DNA of 64,000 nucleotides from an uncultured Flavobacteriales bacterium (GTDB lineage: Bacteria > Bacteroidota > Bacteroidia > Flavobacteriales_E > Vicingaceae), in contig CAJQON010000002.1 of NCBI GenBank assembly GCA_905479995.1, positions 35,263-99,262 of the forward strand. The letters are read 5' to 3'. A program made the translations under genes and the position numbers. How positions within the stretch are numbered: position 1 is the first letter of the stretch; every line of letters begins with the position of its first letter. Positions 9,749-18,211 of this stretch are shown in pieces. The notes under the pieces are model-generated. The model saw only the letters and a program-made list of their open reading frames with translations, was not told where the DNA came from and made no database searches.

Positions 9749-11195
9749 GACGTTTTTCTAACCACAACACCAACACATCTTTATCTAAAAGGCTAAAATG
9801 GTCTGAACTTTCATCAATTACCATTTTAAATTCTTGGAGGTATTCATTTGGATTTTGTGACTTAATCATCTTTTCTATTGTTCCAAAAATGGCTATTTCA
9901 GACTCTTCATATTTATTTGATTTAGCAATATCCAATGCAATGGACAAATGTTTTTGAGCCATATCAAAATAACCCAGATCTAAATACACCAATATTTGTA
10001 GCACCACAATCGACACTGCTAGATCGTGTCTAAACTTTTTGGTTTTCATATCAAAAAGACTAAAACAGCTACTACACCATCGCAAGCACTTTTTTCTATT
10101 GTCTACAAAAAAGTTGGTTAACGCCATATTAAATTCACAAATCATTTTTGTTTGAGGATTTTTTCTCTCACCTGATTTGCTATAAGATTCTTCCATTGCC
10201 AATAATGACCTGGAAACATTTTCTTTATCGCGCACATGAATGTAATATCCTATTTCAAATATAAACTTGGTATCTAAAAATTGTCCTTTAGCATGATCAA
10301 ACTTCAATTCAACACTGTCTATCTTTTCAAGATAAATTGGATATTCATGGGTGTATTTTTGATAATAAAAATACAATAGAATATTATTTAAAGCTGCTCC
10401 ATATTTTAATGGGTTTTCCTTTATTTGATGTGGATTATCTTCCAAAAACTCAACAATTTTCTTTTTAATAATCAACTCCTCCTCCTTATTCACCAAGACC
10501 GTATTCCCTGTTCCTTTTAAAAACAAATAATCCAACTTTGCAGAAAAACTTGAAATTTCTTCAAAAGACATTTTCAACAATCTATTTTCAAATACTTCTC
10601 TTACCTTTTCTTTAGCATCATTATTTAATTTTAGTGATCCTTTGGTGAAGTTCTCCATCTTTTTGAGTAAGAAATTCATTTCCAACTCTTCATTAAACTG
10701 TTTTAAATAAGATTTAGCTTTATTTACCATCTCTTCGTCCATTACAGCTGGATTAACGTAGTCCTCTACTCTTCTTTCCCAATAATTTAGCAATAATAAA
10801 TAATGGGTCATCTGGTATTTTTCTGCAATTTTTTTTCCTTGTTTTATTCTTTTCGATGATAGTTTATACAAGCCTTTCCAATACAAAATCTCTATCTCAG
10901 TAAGATAATCATTAAGCTCTATACTTTTTTTAGCCTTACTATGGAAATTTGATAAACTCTTTAAAATTAAACTCAATAAGTAATTTTTGGCTACAGAAAA
11001 CTGTCGCACAAAATCTTCATTTTCAAATTGCTTTAATATTAATGTTTCATCATACTCCTTTTGAGCATGTATGGCATCAAAAAGCTTAACATAGTTGTTG
11101 TTTTCTTTATGACTAGAGGTAAACACCTTAAAGTATCTCTTTTCAGATTTACTTAAAGACTGAATTAACTCGAACAACAACCCTTTACTTTTCAT
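9735..11195 (-). CDS. Hypothetical all-helical (TPR-like?) protein, 486 aa
   Basis: Long uninterrupted ORF. N-terminus LFELIQSLSKSEKRYFKVF. No catalytic motif recognised. Its 3' end overlaps lysC by 14 nt (convergent). Confidence 0.6.
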   Translation of the reverse strand: MKSKGLLFELIQSLSKSEKRYFKVFTSSHKENNNYVKLFDAIHAQKEYDETLILKQFENEDFVRQFSVAKNYLLSLILKSLSNFHSKAKKSIELNDYLTEIEILYWKGLYKLSSKRIKQGKKIAEKYQMTHYLLLLNYWERRVEDYVNPAVMDEEMVNKAKSYLKQFNEELEMNFLLKKMENFTKGSLKLNNDAKEKVREVFENRLLKMSFEEISSFSAKLDYLFLKGTGNTVLVNKEEELIIKKKIVEFLEDNPHQIKENPLKYGAALNNILLYFYYQKYTHEYPIYLEKIDSVELKFDHAKGQFLDTKFIFEIGYYIHVRDKENVSRSLLAMEESYSKSGERKNPQTKMICEFNMALTNFFVDNRKKCLRWCSSCFSLFDMKTKKFRHDLAVSIVVLQILVYLDLGYFDMAQKHLSIALDIAKSNKYEESEIAIFGTIEKMIKSQNPNEYLQEFKMVIDESSDHFSLLDKDVLVLWLEKRLNPS

Positions 11196-11410
11196 GATAG
11201 GAAAATATTAGAATGCTAAATTTAAAAAAAATAATTTAAAATATAAAAAGAAGAGGCAAGGATGTTATGTTTATTGGTAATATTTGACATACCAATACTT
11301 TACAACTACGCTACCACAACCAAATCCACCAACAAAAAGTCTTGATATCTTTAAAAAACAGGTATAATTAACATTAGAAAAATAAAAAAATTTAAGCCAT
11401 TCACTTAAAT

Positions 11411-11926
11411 TCATTCAGACAAACTACTTCCTTGGGTTAAAAGTATTTTCAACAATTTAGTTGTTGCTAATGCATCTCCAGCAGCTCGGTGACGATCTTC
11501 TTCCGGAATAGGTATTTCTAAGGAGTCACATAACTTTCCTAAGCTGTAAGATTCGGCATCAGGTAAATATTTCTCGCTCAATTTAAGGGTACAAACTTTG
11601 GGTTCATCTAACTGTATTCCAACTCTTCCTAACTCAGCTCCCAAAAATTTAAAATCGAATGCAACATCATGAGCCACAAAAATATTGCCATTAACGAGAG
11701 ATGCAATTTTCTGAGCTACTTCGGAAAATACAGGAGCATCTTTTACCATATCGTTGGTAATACCTGTTAATTTGGAAACGTACCAATCAATTTTTACTTC
11801 AGGATTAACCAATGTAGCATATTCATCAACAATAGTTTCACCATCAAAAATGTAAATGGCAATTTCTATAATTTTTCCATTAATATGGTTTCCTCCAGTG
11901 GCTTCTATGTCTACTACTGCATACAC
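11411..11926 (-). CDS. DEDDh 3'-5' exonuclease (DnaQ/epsilon-like), stand-alone
   Basis: GTG start. YAVVDIEATGG (ExoI), FVAHDVAFDFKFL (ExoII), HRAAGDALAT (ExoIII, H-type). Confidence 0.85.
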   Translation of the reverse strand: MYAVVDIEATGGNHINGKIIEIAIYIFDGETIVDEYATLVNPEVKIDWYVSKLTGITNDMVKDAPVFSEVAQKIASLVNGNIFVAHDVAFDFKFLGAELGRVGIQLDEPKVCTLKLSEKYLPDAESYSLGKLCDSLEIPIPEEDRHRAAGDALATTKLLKILLTQGSSLSE

Positions 11927-11943
11927 ACCGTAAATGTACTCAA

Positions 11944-12663
11944 TTAACTGATTATTCTCTTATTCCCTACCGTAATTTCTGAACCTTCAGCCAACATTAC
12001 AGAAATTGGTTTTTGGGTATTAAGTGATTTAAAATCTACTCCATAAGTTAATTCAAACTCAACATTTATGGCTGCTTTTTTCACCTTGTAAACCTCCCAG
12101 GACGGGTGATTAACCTCATATTCAGAAGTTTTATTGTTTTTTAATTTTGTATATCCCCAGTAATGTTCTGTAATGAAATCTTCCGCTGAATTCTCTTTTA
12201 TTTTTTGAGTATTACTCTCCGTATTTACCGCAATTGAGTTTTCCCTATTTCCTACATACCAAACATAATTCACTTCCAGTTCATTGTCATTTTGATTCCA
12301 ATTGTGGCTCATTGCTAAAGTTTGATAATGTTCTTTAAACAGTTTATTGGCAACTAATGTTACCATGGGTTTAGGCACAATTTCTTTAATAAAAACAACT
12401 CCTCTTCTTATTTTTCCATTCTGCATTTTATGTTTTACATAAAGCCTTAAGTTAACCTCTTCAAAATTTACATGTTTAGGAATTTTAAATCCTTTAACCT
12501 TAGTATTAACAAACATAAAACCAACTAAACTTAAATAGCATTTACCATTATACAAGTCTAACTCAGTACCAAAAGGCAAATAAGGAGCAAGCAAATTAGG
12601 ATCAACCTCGTAGTTAATTATGATAAGCTTTCGCCATTCTGCTGTTAAAAAAGGTTTTGACAT
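11944..12663 (-). CDS. DUF2071 (YqjF-like) family protein
   Basis: FLTAEWRKLIIINYEVDPNLLAPYLPFGTELDLYNGKCYLSLVGFMF matches my recollection of the DUF2071 N-terminus. Confidence 0.7.
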   Translation of the reverse strand: MSKPFLTAEWRKLIIINYEVDPNLLAPYLPFGTELDLYNGKCYLSLVGFMFVNTKVKGFKIPKHVNFEEVNLRLYVKHKMQNGKIRRGVVFIKEIVPKPMVTLVANKLFKEHYQTLAMSHNWNQNDNELEVNYVWYVGNRENSIAVNTESNTQKIKENSAEDFITEHYWGYTKLKNNKTSEYEVNHPSWEVYKVKKAAINVEFELTYGVDFKSLNTQKPISVMLAEGSEITVGNKRIIS

Positions 12664-13064
12664 TATTTTAAAAATTTATCTTTGTATTGAAGGTTTTTGG
12701 GTAACTCACAGGTTTTTGAACCGAATAATTTATACCGGTACTTTGCCATTATATCATAAAAAAAATCGCGAAACCCTTTTGGAATAATTATCAATCCAAA
12801 CAATACTGATCTAAAACCACCAAGCAGTTTTAAGATGTTTAAGCTTGCAGTAGATTTAGTAAAAGCAGTATCATCCTTTAGAAATACAACAGAATCTAAA
12901 GCAGGGTCAACATTATATTGCGACAAATAACTTTGCCCTATTTCCGACTGAAGCGATGCAAAACGAAATGCATTTTTTTTATCTCGTTTAATCACATACT
13001 TCACCCAGAAGCTACAAAAATTGCATTCTCCATCGAATAAAATGATATGGTACTTGCCTCCCAT
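12663..13064 (-). CDS. DCC-family thiol-disulfide oxidoreductase (DUF393)
   Basis: ILFDGECNFCSFWVKYVIKRD carries the DxxCxxC signature. TAATG overlaps with both neighbours. Confidence 0.8.
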   Translation of the reverse strand: MGGKYHIILFDGECNFCSFWVKYVIKRDKKNAFRFASLQSEIGQSYLSQYNVDPALDSVVFLKDDTAFTKSTASLNILKLLGGFRSVLFGLIIIPKGFRDFFYDIMAKYRYKLFGSKTCELPKNLQYKDKFLK

Positions 13065-13972
13065 TATTTTAAATCTTCTAATGCTTCTTCAATATTAGTA
13101 AACTTAAATTTAAATCCAAGGTTCAATAATTTATCAGGAACAGCATACCTGCTTTTTAATATTAATTCGGCTTCTGTTCCCATAAAGAAGGAGCCAATTT
13201 CTAACATAAGTTTTGGAGTTGGAATTCCAAAAGATATACCTTCCGATTTTCTTATGGCTTTCATAAACTCCTTATTGTTAATTCCTGTATTGGTAGTACA
13301 ATTTATTGGACCTTCTACATCACTTGTTTTCACGAATTCTAAAACTCTTAAAACATCGTCAATATGAATCCATGCAAATCGTTGCTTCCCATTACCATGA
13401 TATCCTCCTAAACCAAACTTAGTCAACTTCTTTAAAACTGGTAATACGCCATCTTTTTTGCCTAAAACCAATGAAATTCTAAAGGCCACTTTCCGAATAT
13501 TGGGATGACTACTACTAAATAGTGCATCTTCCCATGCTGTTGCTACGCCCATTGAAAAATCATTACCAATAACTCCATCTTTTTCGGTCATTGGTTGATC
13601 TATAGAATGTTCATAAATTGTAGCTGTGCTGGCATTTACCCAAAGTTTAGGAGGGTTACTTAAATGATGTAACACTTCTCCCAAAACTTTAGTTGAATCC
13701 ACCCTAGAGGATATTATCTGCTTTCGATTTTCATGGGTATATCTGCAATCAACAGATTTTCCAGTTAGGTTAATTAACAGTTCAGCATCTTCCAAAAAAT
13801 GTTTCCATTCTCCAATAGTTTTTCCATCCCATTGTTGGTAACAAACACCTTCTTTTAATTCGGATAAACCTCTTGTTAAAACAACTACTTCATACCCTTT
13901 TTCTATATGTTCTTTAGCTATTGCTTGTCCAATAAACCCGGAACCTCCTGCTATTACTACTTTCCTTTTCAT
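13064..13972 (-). CDS. YfcH/TIGR01777-type epimerase-family SDR (NAD-binding domain plus DUF1731-like C-terminus)
   Basis: VVIAGGSGFIGQAI Rossmann motif, about 300 aa, C-terminal RYAVPDKLLNLGFKFKF. Confidence 0.8.
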   Translation of the reverse strand: MKRKVVIAGGSGFIGQAIAKEHIEKGYEVVVLTRGLSELKEGVCYQQWDGKTIGEWKHFLEDAELLINLTGKSVDCRYTHENRKQIISSRVDSTKVLGEVLHHLSNPPKLWVNASTATIYEHSIDQPMTEKDGVIGNDFSMGVATAWEDALFSSSHPNIRKVAFRISLVLGKKDGVLPVLKKLTKFGLGGYHGNGKQRFAWIHIDDVLRVLEFVKTSDVEGPINCTTNTGINNKEFMKAIRKSEGISFGIPTPKLMLEIGSFFMGTEAELILKSRYAVPDKLLNLGFKFKFTNIEEALEDLK

Positions 13973-13976
13973 GTCT

Positions 13977-14393
13977 TTATTTTTGAGTTGCTACTGGTTG
14001 AATTGGAGGTACAAACTTTTTTTTGTCTCCTTGTTTCGATTTTCTACGACCTCTAAAAAACAGTAACAAATTTAAAAATAACATTACACCTAGGTAAATT
14101 GAAAACCCACCAATCTTGTAAGATAATGTTTCAATTAACTTTTGGTACGTTTCAAAAGGGTTATACTGGCTTACGTTTATCTTTAAAATTAATAAAGCAA
14201 ACCCTAAATTCATTAGGTAAAAACCAATTTCGAATAAGCGATTTGTAGCATAAGCGATATTTTCCTTACCATGAAAAATATCTAACATAAATACTTTCGC
14301 ATTTTTGAATAATGTTTTGGCTACATAATAAGTTAGCCCAAGCGCTATTGGTAAATAAACACAATACGCGATGATGATTAGTTTGTTTTCCAT
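13977..14393 (-). CDS. Small multi-TM protein, paralogue A
   Basis: 138 aa with 3-4 hydrophobic segments. Alignable by eye with the next ORF (YCVYLPIALGLTYYVAKTLFKN vs YIIYLPIAIYITVIVGYKLYKN). Confidence 0.6.
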   Translation of the reverse strand: MENKLIIIAYCVYLPIALGLTYYVAKTLFKNAKVFMLDIFHGKENIAYATNRLFEIGFYLMNLGFALLILKINVSQYNPFETYQKLIETLSYKIGGFSIYLGVMLFLNLLLFFRGRRKSKQGDKKKFVPPIQPVATQK

Positions 14394-14412
14394 GACTTTA
14401 TATATTTAGTTA

Positions 14413-14766
14413 TTAATTAATTTTTATTATTGATGATTTTCTCCCAAACGATAAAACTATAATGTTTATATAATGCAATGCTGCCAATATGAGAACGATA
14501 GAAGCTAATCTTAAACTCACTTCATTCAATAGTTCAAATACATTACTTACATGTTTAAAATCTTTAACTGTAATAATAGCGTAACCAACATTAGTGAGGT
14601 AATATCCTACTAACAGTATTTTATTTATCGCCTGAGCCAATTTCACTTCTCCAAAAATAGATTCAACATACACCAACCCATTTTTATAAAGCTTATAGCC
14701 AACTATTACTGTAATGTAAATTGCAATTGGCAGGTAAATGATATAGCTCAATGTATTATAAGTCAT
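14413..14766 (-). CDS. Small multi-TM protein, paralogue B
   Basis: 117 aa with the same architecture as 13977-14393. Confidence 0.6.
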   Translation of the reverse strand: MTYNTLSYIIYLPIAIYITVIVGYKLYKNGLVYVESIFGEVKLAQAINKILLVGYYLTNVGYAIITVKDFKHVSNVFELLNEVSLRLASIVLILAALHYINIIVLSFGRKSSIIKIN

Positions 14767-14824
14767 CTTTTTTTGTTTTCAATACTTTCAATTATTTTTG
14801 AAAGTTTAAATTAAAAAATATATG

Positions 14825-15333
14825 TTATTTAATAAACTTCATAAACGTTTTCAAAAACCAATTTTCTTCAGACTCGCTAATTTTTGTAAGTGAATTGTCA
14901 GCCAATTCAGCAAAAGATTTTATGTTTTTTATCTGTTTTGTAAAAGCTTCAACTTCTGCTTTGTTTTTTTTGTCTGCCTCTACATTTTGCAACTGAGAAA
15001 GTACATTTAGCATTGGGTCTAACTCTTGTCTTTGTCTTGCCTTAATTACTCGTTGAGTAACAATCCAAATATCCTTTTCACCTCTAAAAAACTCTTTTCG
15101 CTCACCTGATTTATGCTCTTTATAAACCAAGCCCCAATCAATTAATGTTCTGATGTTCATGTTGGCATTTCCTCTAGAAATTTTTAAAATATCCATCACA
15201 TCCTCAGCACTTAACAAGTCCTCATTAATTAAAATAAAGCATGTATTTGAGCCATCGTTCTGTTTATTCCCCAATTAGAACCTAAACTTCCCCATTGCTG
15301 TATAAATTTTTCTTTTGCTTCATCTAATTCCAT
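14825..15333 (-). pseudogene. GbsR/MarR-type winged-helix regulator split by a one-base frameshift
   Basis: ATG 15333 opens MELDEAKEKFIQQWGSLGSNWGINRTMAQIHALF, then TAA (15231-15229). The track ORF (TTG 15274) carries the rest in the -1 frame: ..ILINEDLLSAEDVMDILKISRGNANMNIRTLIDWGLVYKEHK. One extra T in the T4 run (plus-strand AAAA 15231-15234) would give a continuous 169-aa protein. Confidence 0.7.
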
Positions 15334-15353
15334 ACTTCAAATATAAAACAAAC

Positions 15354-15371
15354 TTTCTGAAATTTCAGAAA
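15354..15371. promoter_or_regulatory. Perfect 18-bp palindrome TTTCTGAAATTTCAGAAA; candidate operator
   Basis: Read directly. It lies 20 nt upstream of the regulator ATG (15333), in the divergent spacer shared with hemB. Confidence 0.45.
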
Positions 15372-15452
15372 ATATTGAAAGTTTATTTTTAATTAATTCT
15401 TAAAACACCATTAATAATGACTTTATCATTACCAAAATAAGCGCAAGAAACT

Positions 15453-15460
15453 TATATTTG
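15453..15460 (+). promoter_or_regulatory. Bacteroidota -7 box (TATATTTG = TAnnTTTG) for hemB
   Basis: Exact TAnnTTTG match 18 nt upstream of the hemB ATG at 15479. Confidence 0.35.
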
Positions 15461-15478
15461 TATTCACATTTTTTATCA

Positions 15479-16453
15479 ATGACAGGTAGACTTCGCAACA
15501 ATAGAAAAACGGAAGAAATTAGAAGTAAAGTTCGAGAGACCACTCTTGAAGTAGCTGATTTTATATACCCTTTATTTATTGAAGAAGCCAATAACATTAA
15601 ACAAGAAATTGTTTCTATGCCTGGCATCTTTCGTTATTCTTTAGATAGAATAAATGAAGAATTAGATCAAGTTGTTGCCTTGGGTATTCAATCGGTTATT
15701 CTATTTGGAATTCCAATAAAAAAAGATGCTGAAGGAACTGAAAGCTGGAATGATGAAGGCATTATTCAAAAAGGAATTAAACACATTAAGACACACTACC
15801 CCACTTTACAAGTTATTGCAGATGTTTGCTTTTGCGAATATACCGACCATGGCCATTGTGGCGTTTTGTGCGACCATGATGTGGATAATGATTTAACATT
15901 AGTTAATCTTAGAAAACAAGTATTGGCTCAAGCAAAAGCTGGAGTAGACATGGTTGCTCCATCGGGAATGATGGACTTTGCTGTTCGAGAGATTAGAGAT
16001 GAGTTGGATAAAAATGGATTCGAAAATATTCCTGTTATGGGATATTCTGTGAAGTATTGTTCATCGTATTACGGCCCGTTTAGAGATGCTGCCGATTCTG
16101 CTCCAAGTTTTGGAGATAGAAGAACCTACCAAATGGATCCTGCCAACAGAAATGAAGCGCTGAAAGAAGCTCAGGCAGATGTTGATGAAGGTGCGGAAAT
16201 ACTAATGGTAAAACCAGCACTATCATACTTAGATATTATAAGAGACTTAAAAAATAATTTTGATTTACCCATTGCTGCTTATAATGTAAGTGGTGAGTAT
16301 GCAATGATAAAAGCAGCCGGAAATAACGGTTGGATAGACGATAAAAAAGTAATGATGGAAACATTGCTTTCAATAAAACGAGCAGGAGCTGATATTATAA
16401 TTACCTATCATGCTAAAGAAGCAGCTAAACAATTAAAAATGGAAAATGACTAA
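15479..16453 (+). CDS. hemB: Porphobilinogen synthase (delta-aminolevulinate dehydratase)
   Basis: [23 protein letters not shown]...[18 protein letters not shown] (Cys-rich metal site), [12 protein letters not shown]. The track ORF starts at an upstream TTG (15458). Confidence 0.93.
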   Translation: MTGRLRNNRKTEEIRSKVRETTLEVADFIYPLFIEEANNIKQEIVSMPGIFRYSLDRINEELDQVVALGIQSVILFGIPIKKDAEGTESWNDEGIIQKGIKHIKTHYPTLQVIADVCFCEYTDHGHCGVLCDHDVDNDLTLVNLRKQVLAQAKAGVDMVAPSGMMDFAVREIRDELDKNGFENIPVMGYSVKYCSSYYGPFRDAADSAPSFGDRRTYQMDPANRNEALKEAQADVDEGAEILMVKPALSYLDIIRDLKNNFDLPIAAYNVSGEYAMIKAAGNNGWIDDKKVMMETLLSIKRAGADIIITYHAKEAAKQLKMEND

Positions 16454-16503
16454 ATGGATAATTAATTTTCAATTCTCCATTATCAATTTGTAATTATAAA
16501 ATA

Positions 16504-17787
16504 ATGAATAACACAAAATCACAAGAATTATATAAAGCAGGACAAGAACATTTAGTTGGAGCAGTTAACTCTCCTGTTCGTGCATTTAACTCCGTTGGTG
16601 GCAATCCATTGTTTATGGAAAAAGCACACGGATCAAAAATTTACGATGTTGATGGTAATGAATACATCGATTTGGTACTTTCTTATGGTCCAATGATAAT
16701 TGGACATGGAAACAATAAAGTTATTGAAGCTGTTCAAAAACAAGTTTGTACTGGGTTTACTTTTGGTGCAAGTACCGAAGGTGAAATAAAACTCGCCAAA
16801 ATGGTTTGTGATGCTTTTCCTGGAATGGACAAAGTTAGATTTGTCAACTCTGGTACCGAAGCAATTTTAAGTGCCATTCGTTTGGCAAGAGCTTACACCA
16901 ACAAAAATCACATTGTAAAATTTGCTGGTTGTTACCATGGACATACAGATGCTTTATTAGTTGCTGCAGGTTCTGGATTAGCCACTTTAAGTATTCCTGG
17001 AAGTGCTGGAGTACCTAAAGAAGCCGTGCAAAACACCTTGATAGCAGAATACAACGATATTGAATCTGTAAAAAAACACATTACTGAATGTGATGACATT
17101 GCTGCAGTGTTTATTGAACCAATTGCTGGAAATATGGGAACGGTTGTACCGTCTCACGATTTTATTAAAGAATTAAGAGTAATCACAAAAGAAGCAGGAA
17201 TACTTTTAGTTGTTGATGAAGTAATGACTGGATTCCGTTCTAAATTTGGTGGAGCTCAAGAGCTTTTAGGAATTGAAGCCGACATTACTTGTTTAGGCAA
17301 AGTAGTTGGTGGAGGGTTTCCTGTTGGAGCTTATGGCGCAAGAAACGAAATAATGAATATGGTTGCGCCATTGGGTGCAATGTACCAAGCAGGAACTTTA
17401 TCTGGAAATCCAGTTGCAATGGCTGCCGGAATTTCTACTCTAGAAGAATTAAAAGCTCAAAACCCTTACGACAAATTTAATGCGCAAGCAGCACAATTAG
17501 AAAAAGCTTTATTGGCTGCTGCTGAAGAAAACGGAATTGAGTTAACCGTTAGCCGATTTGGATCTATGGTTAACCCATTTTTCACAAATAAAAAAGTGAC
17601 CAACTTTACCGAAGCTCAAGAATGTGACACTGCAAGGTTCACTAAATTCTTTTGGGGATTAATAGAAAACGGTGTTTACATTCCACCTTCTCAATTTGAA
17701 TCATGGTTCTTATGTTCGGTTTTGAGTGATGAGGACATGAATAAAATTACTAACGCAATAAGTTCGGCTATGGCATTAGCAAAGTAG
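16504..17787 (+). CDS. hemL: Glutamate-1-semialdehyde 2,1-aminomutase
   Basis: 427 aa. VNSPVRAF, DVDGNEYIDLVLSYGPMIIGH, DEVMTGFR, CLGKVVGGGFP. Confidence 0.95.
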   Translation: MNNTKSQELYKAGQEHLVGAVNSPVRAFNSVGGNPLFMEKAHGSKIYDVDGNEYIDLVLSYGPMIIGHGNNKVIEAVQKQVCTGFTFGASTEGEIKLAKMVCDAFPGMDKVRFVNSGTEAILSAIRLARAYTNKNHIVKFAGCYHGHTDALLVAAGSGLATLSIPGSAGVPKEAVQNTLIAEYNDIESVKKHITECDDIAAVFIEPIAGNMGTVVPSHDFIKELRVITKEAGILLVVDEVMTGFRSKFGGAQELLGIEADITCLGKVVGGGFPVGAYGARNEIMNMVAPLGAMYQAGTLSGNPVAMAAGISTLEELKAQNPYDKFNAQAAQLEKALLAAAEENGIELTVSRFGSMVNPFFTNKKVTNFTEAQECDTARFTKFFWGLIENGVYIPPSQFESWFLCSVLSDEDMNKITNAISSAMALAK

Positions 17788-17793
17788 GGAGCG

Positions 17794-18197
17794 ATGTCAT
17801 TCCGAGCGAAATGTAATGGAGTCGAGGAATCTTCTTTAAAATGAACGAAAAATTAAATGCAGCATAACTATTTTGTCTATATAACAACAAATCCAGATAA
17901 AACAGTTTTATATTCAGGTGCTACAAATGACTTAAAAAGAAGACTCTTTAGCATATTGAAAATAAAGGAAAGAATACGACATTTGCAGGTAAATATTATT
18001 GCTATAATTTAGTTTATTTTGAACGTTTCCAATTTATTGAACATGCAATTGATAGGTAAAAGCAAATTAAAAACTGGAGCAAAAAAAAAAGAATGAGTTT
18101 ATAATTGAAAAAGAAAATCCAAACTGGCATTTTCTTAATGATGAAATTTTTAACACATAAAAATAAAAAGATACCTCGACTACGCTCGGTATGACAT
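17794..18197. mobile_element. Inverted-repeat-bounded cassette carrying a decayed GIY-YIG gene
   Basis: Left end is ATGTCATTCCGAGCG-(12 nt)-GTCGAGGAATC (17794-17831). The reverse complement of the right end is ATGTCATACCGAGCG-TA-GTCGAGGTATC (18170-18197). It fills the hemL-hemE spacer. Confidence 0.55.
17857..18160 (+). pseudogene. GIY-YIG nuclease family (COG2827-like) pseudogene
   Basis: Frame a: MQHNYFVYITTNPDKTVLYSGATNDLKRRLF. Frame b: HIENKGKNTTFAGKYYCYNLVYFERFQFIEHAIDR*KQIKNWSKKK, with an in-frame TAA. After the A10 run (18081-18090), frame c: NEFIIEKENPNWHFLNDEIF. Total damage is two frameshifts and one nonsense codon. Confidence 0.75.
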
Positions 18198-18211
18198 AAA
18201 AAAAGATAGAT

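Noticed and set aside
11272-11297. Hairpin TATTGGTA-N10-TACCAATA in the 215-bp spacer after the exonuclease gene
   Set aside because: It has no U-tract on the relevant (minus) strand and an AT-rich weak stem. It cannot be distinguished from chance in this AT-rich spacer.
15400-15627. 75-aa minus-strand ORF overlapping the hemB start
   Set aside because: It is antisense to hemB and spans the hemB promoter region. It has no support beyond being open.
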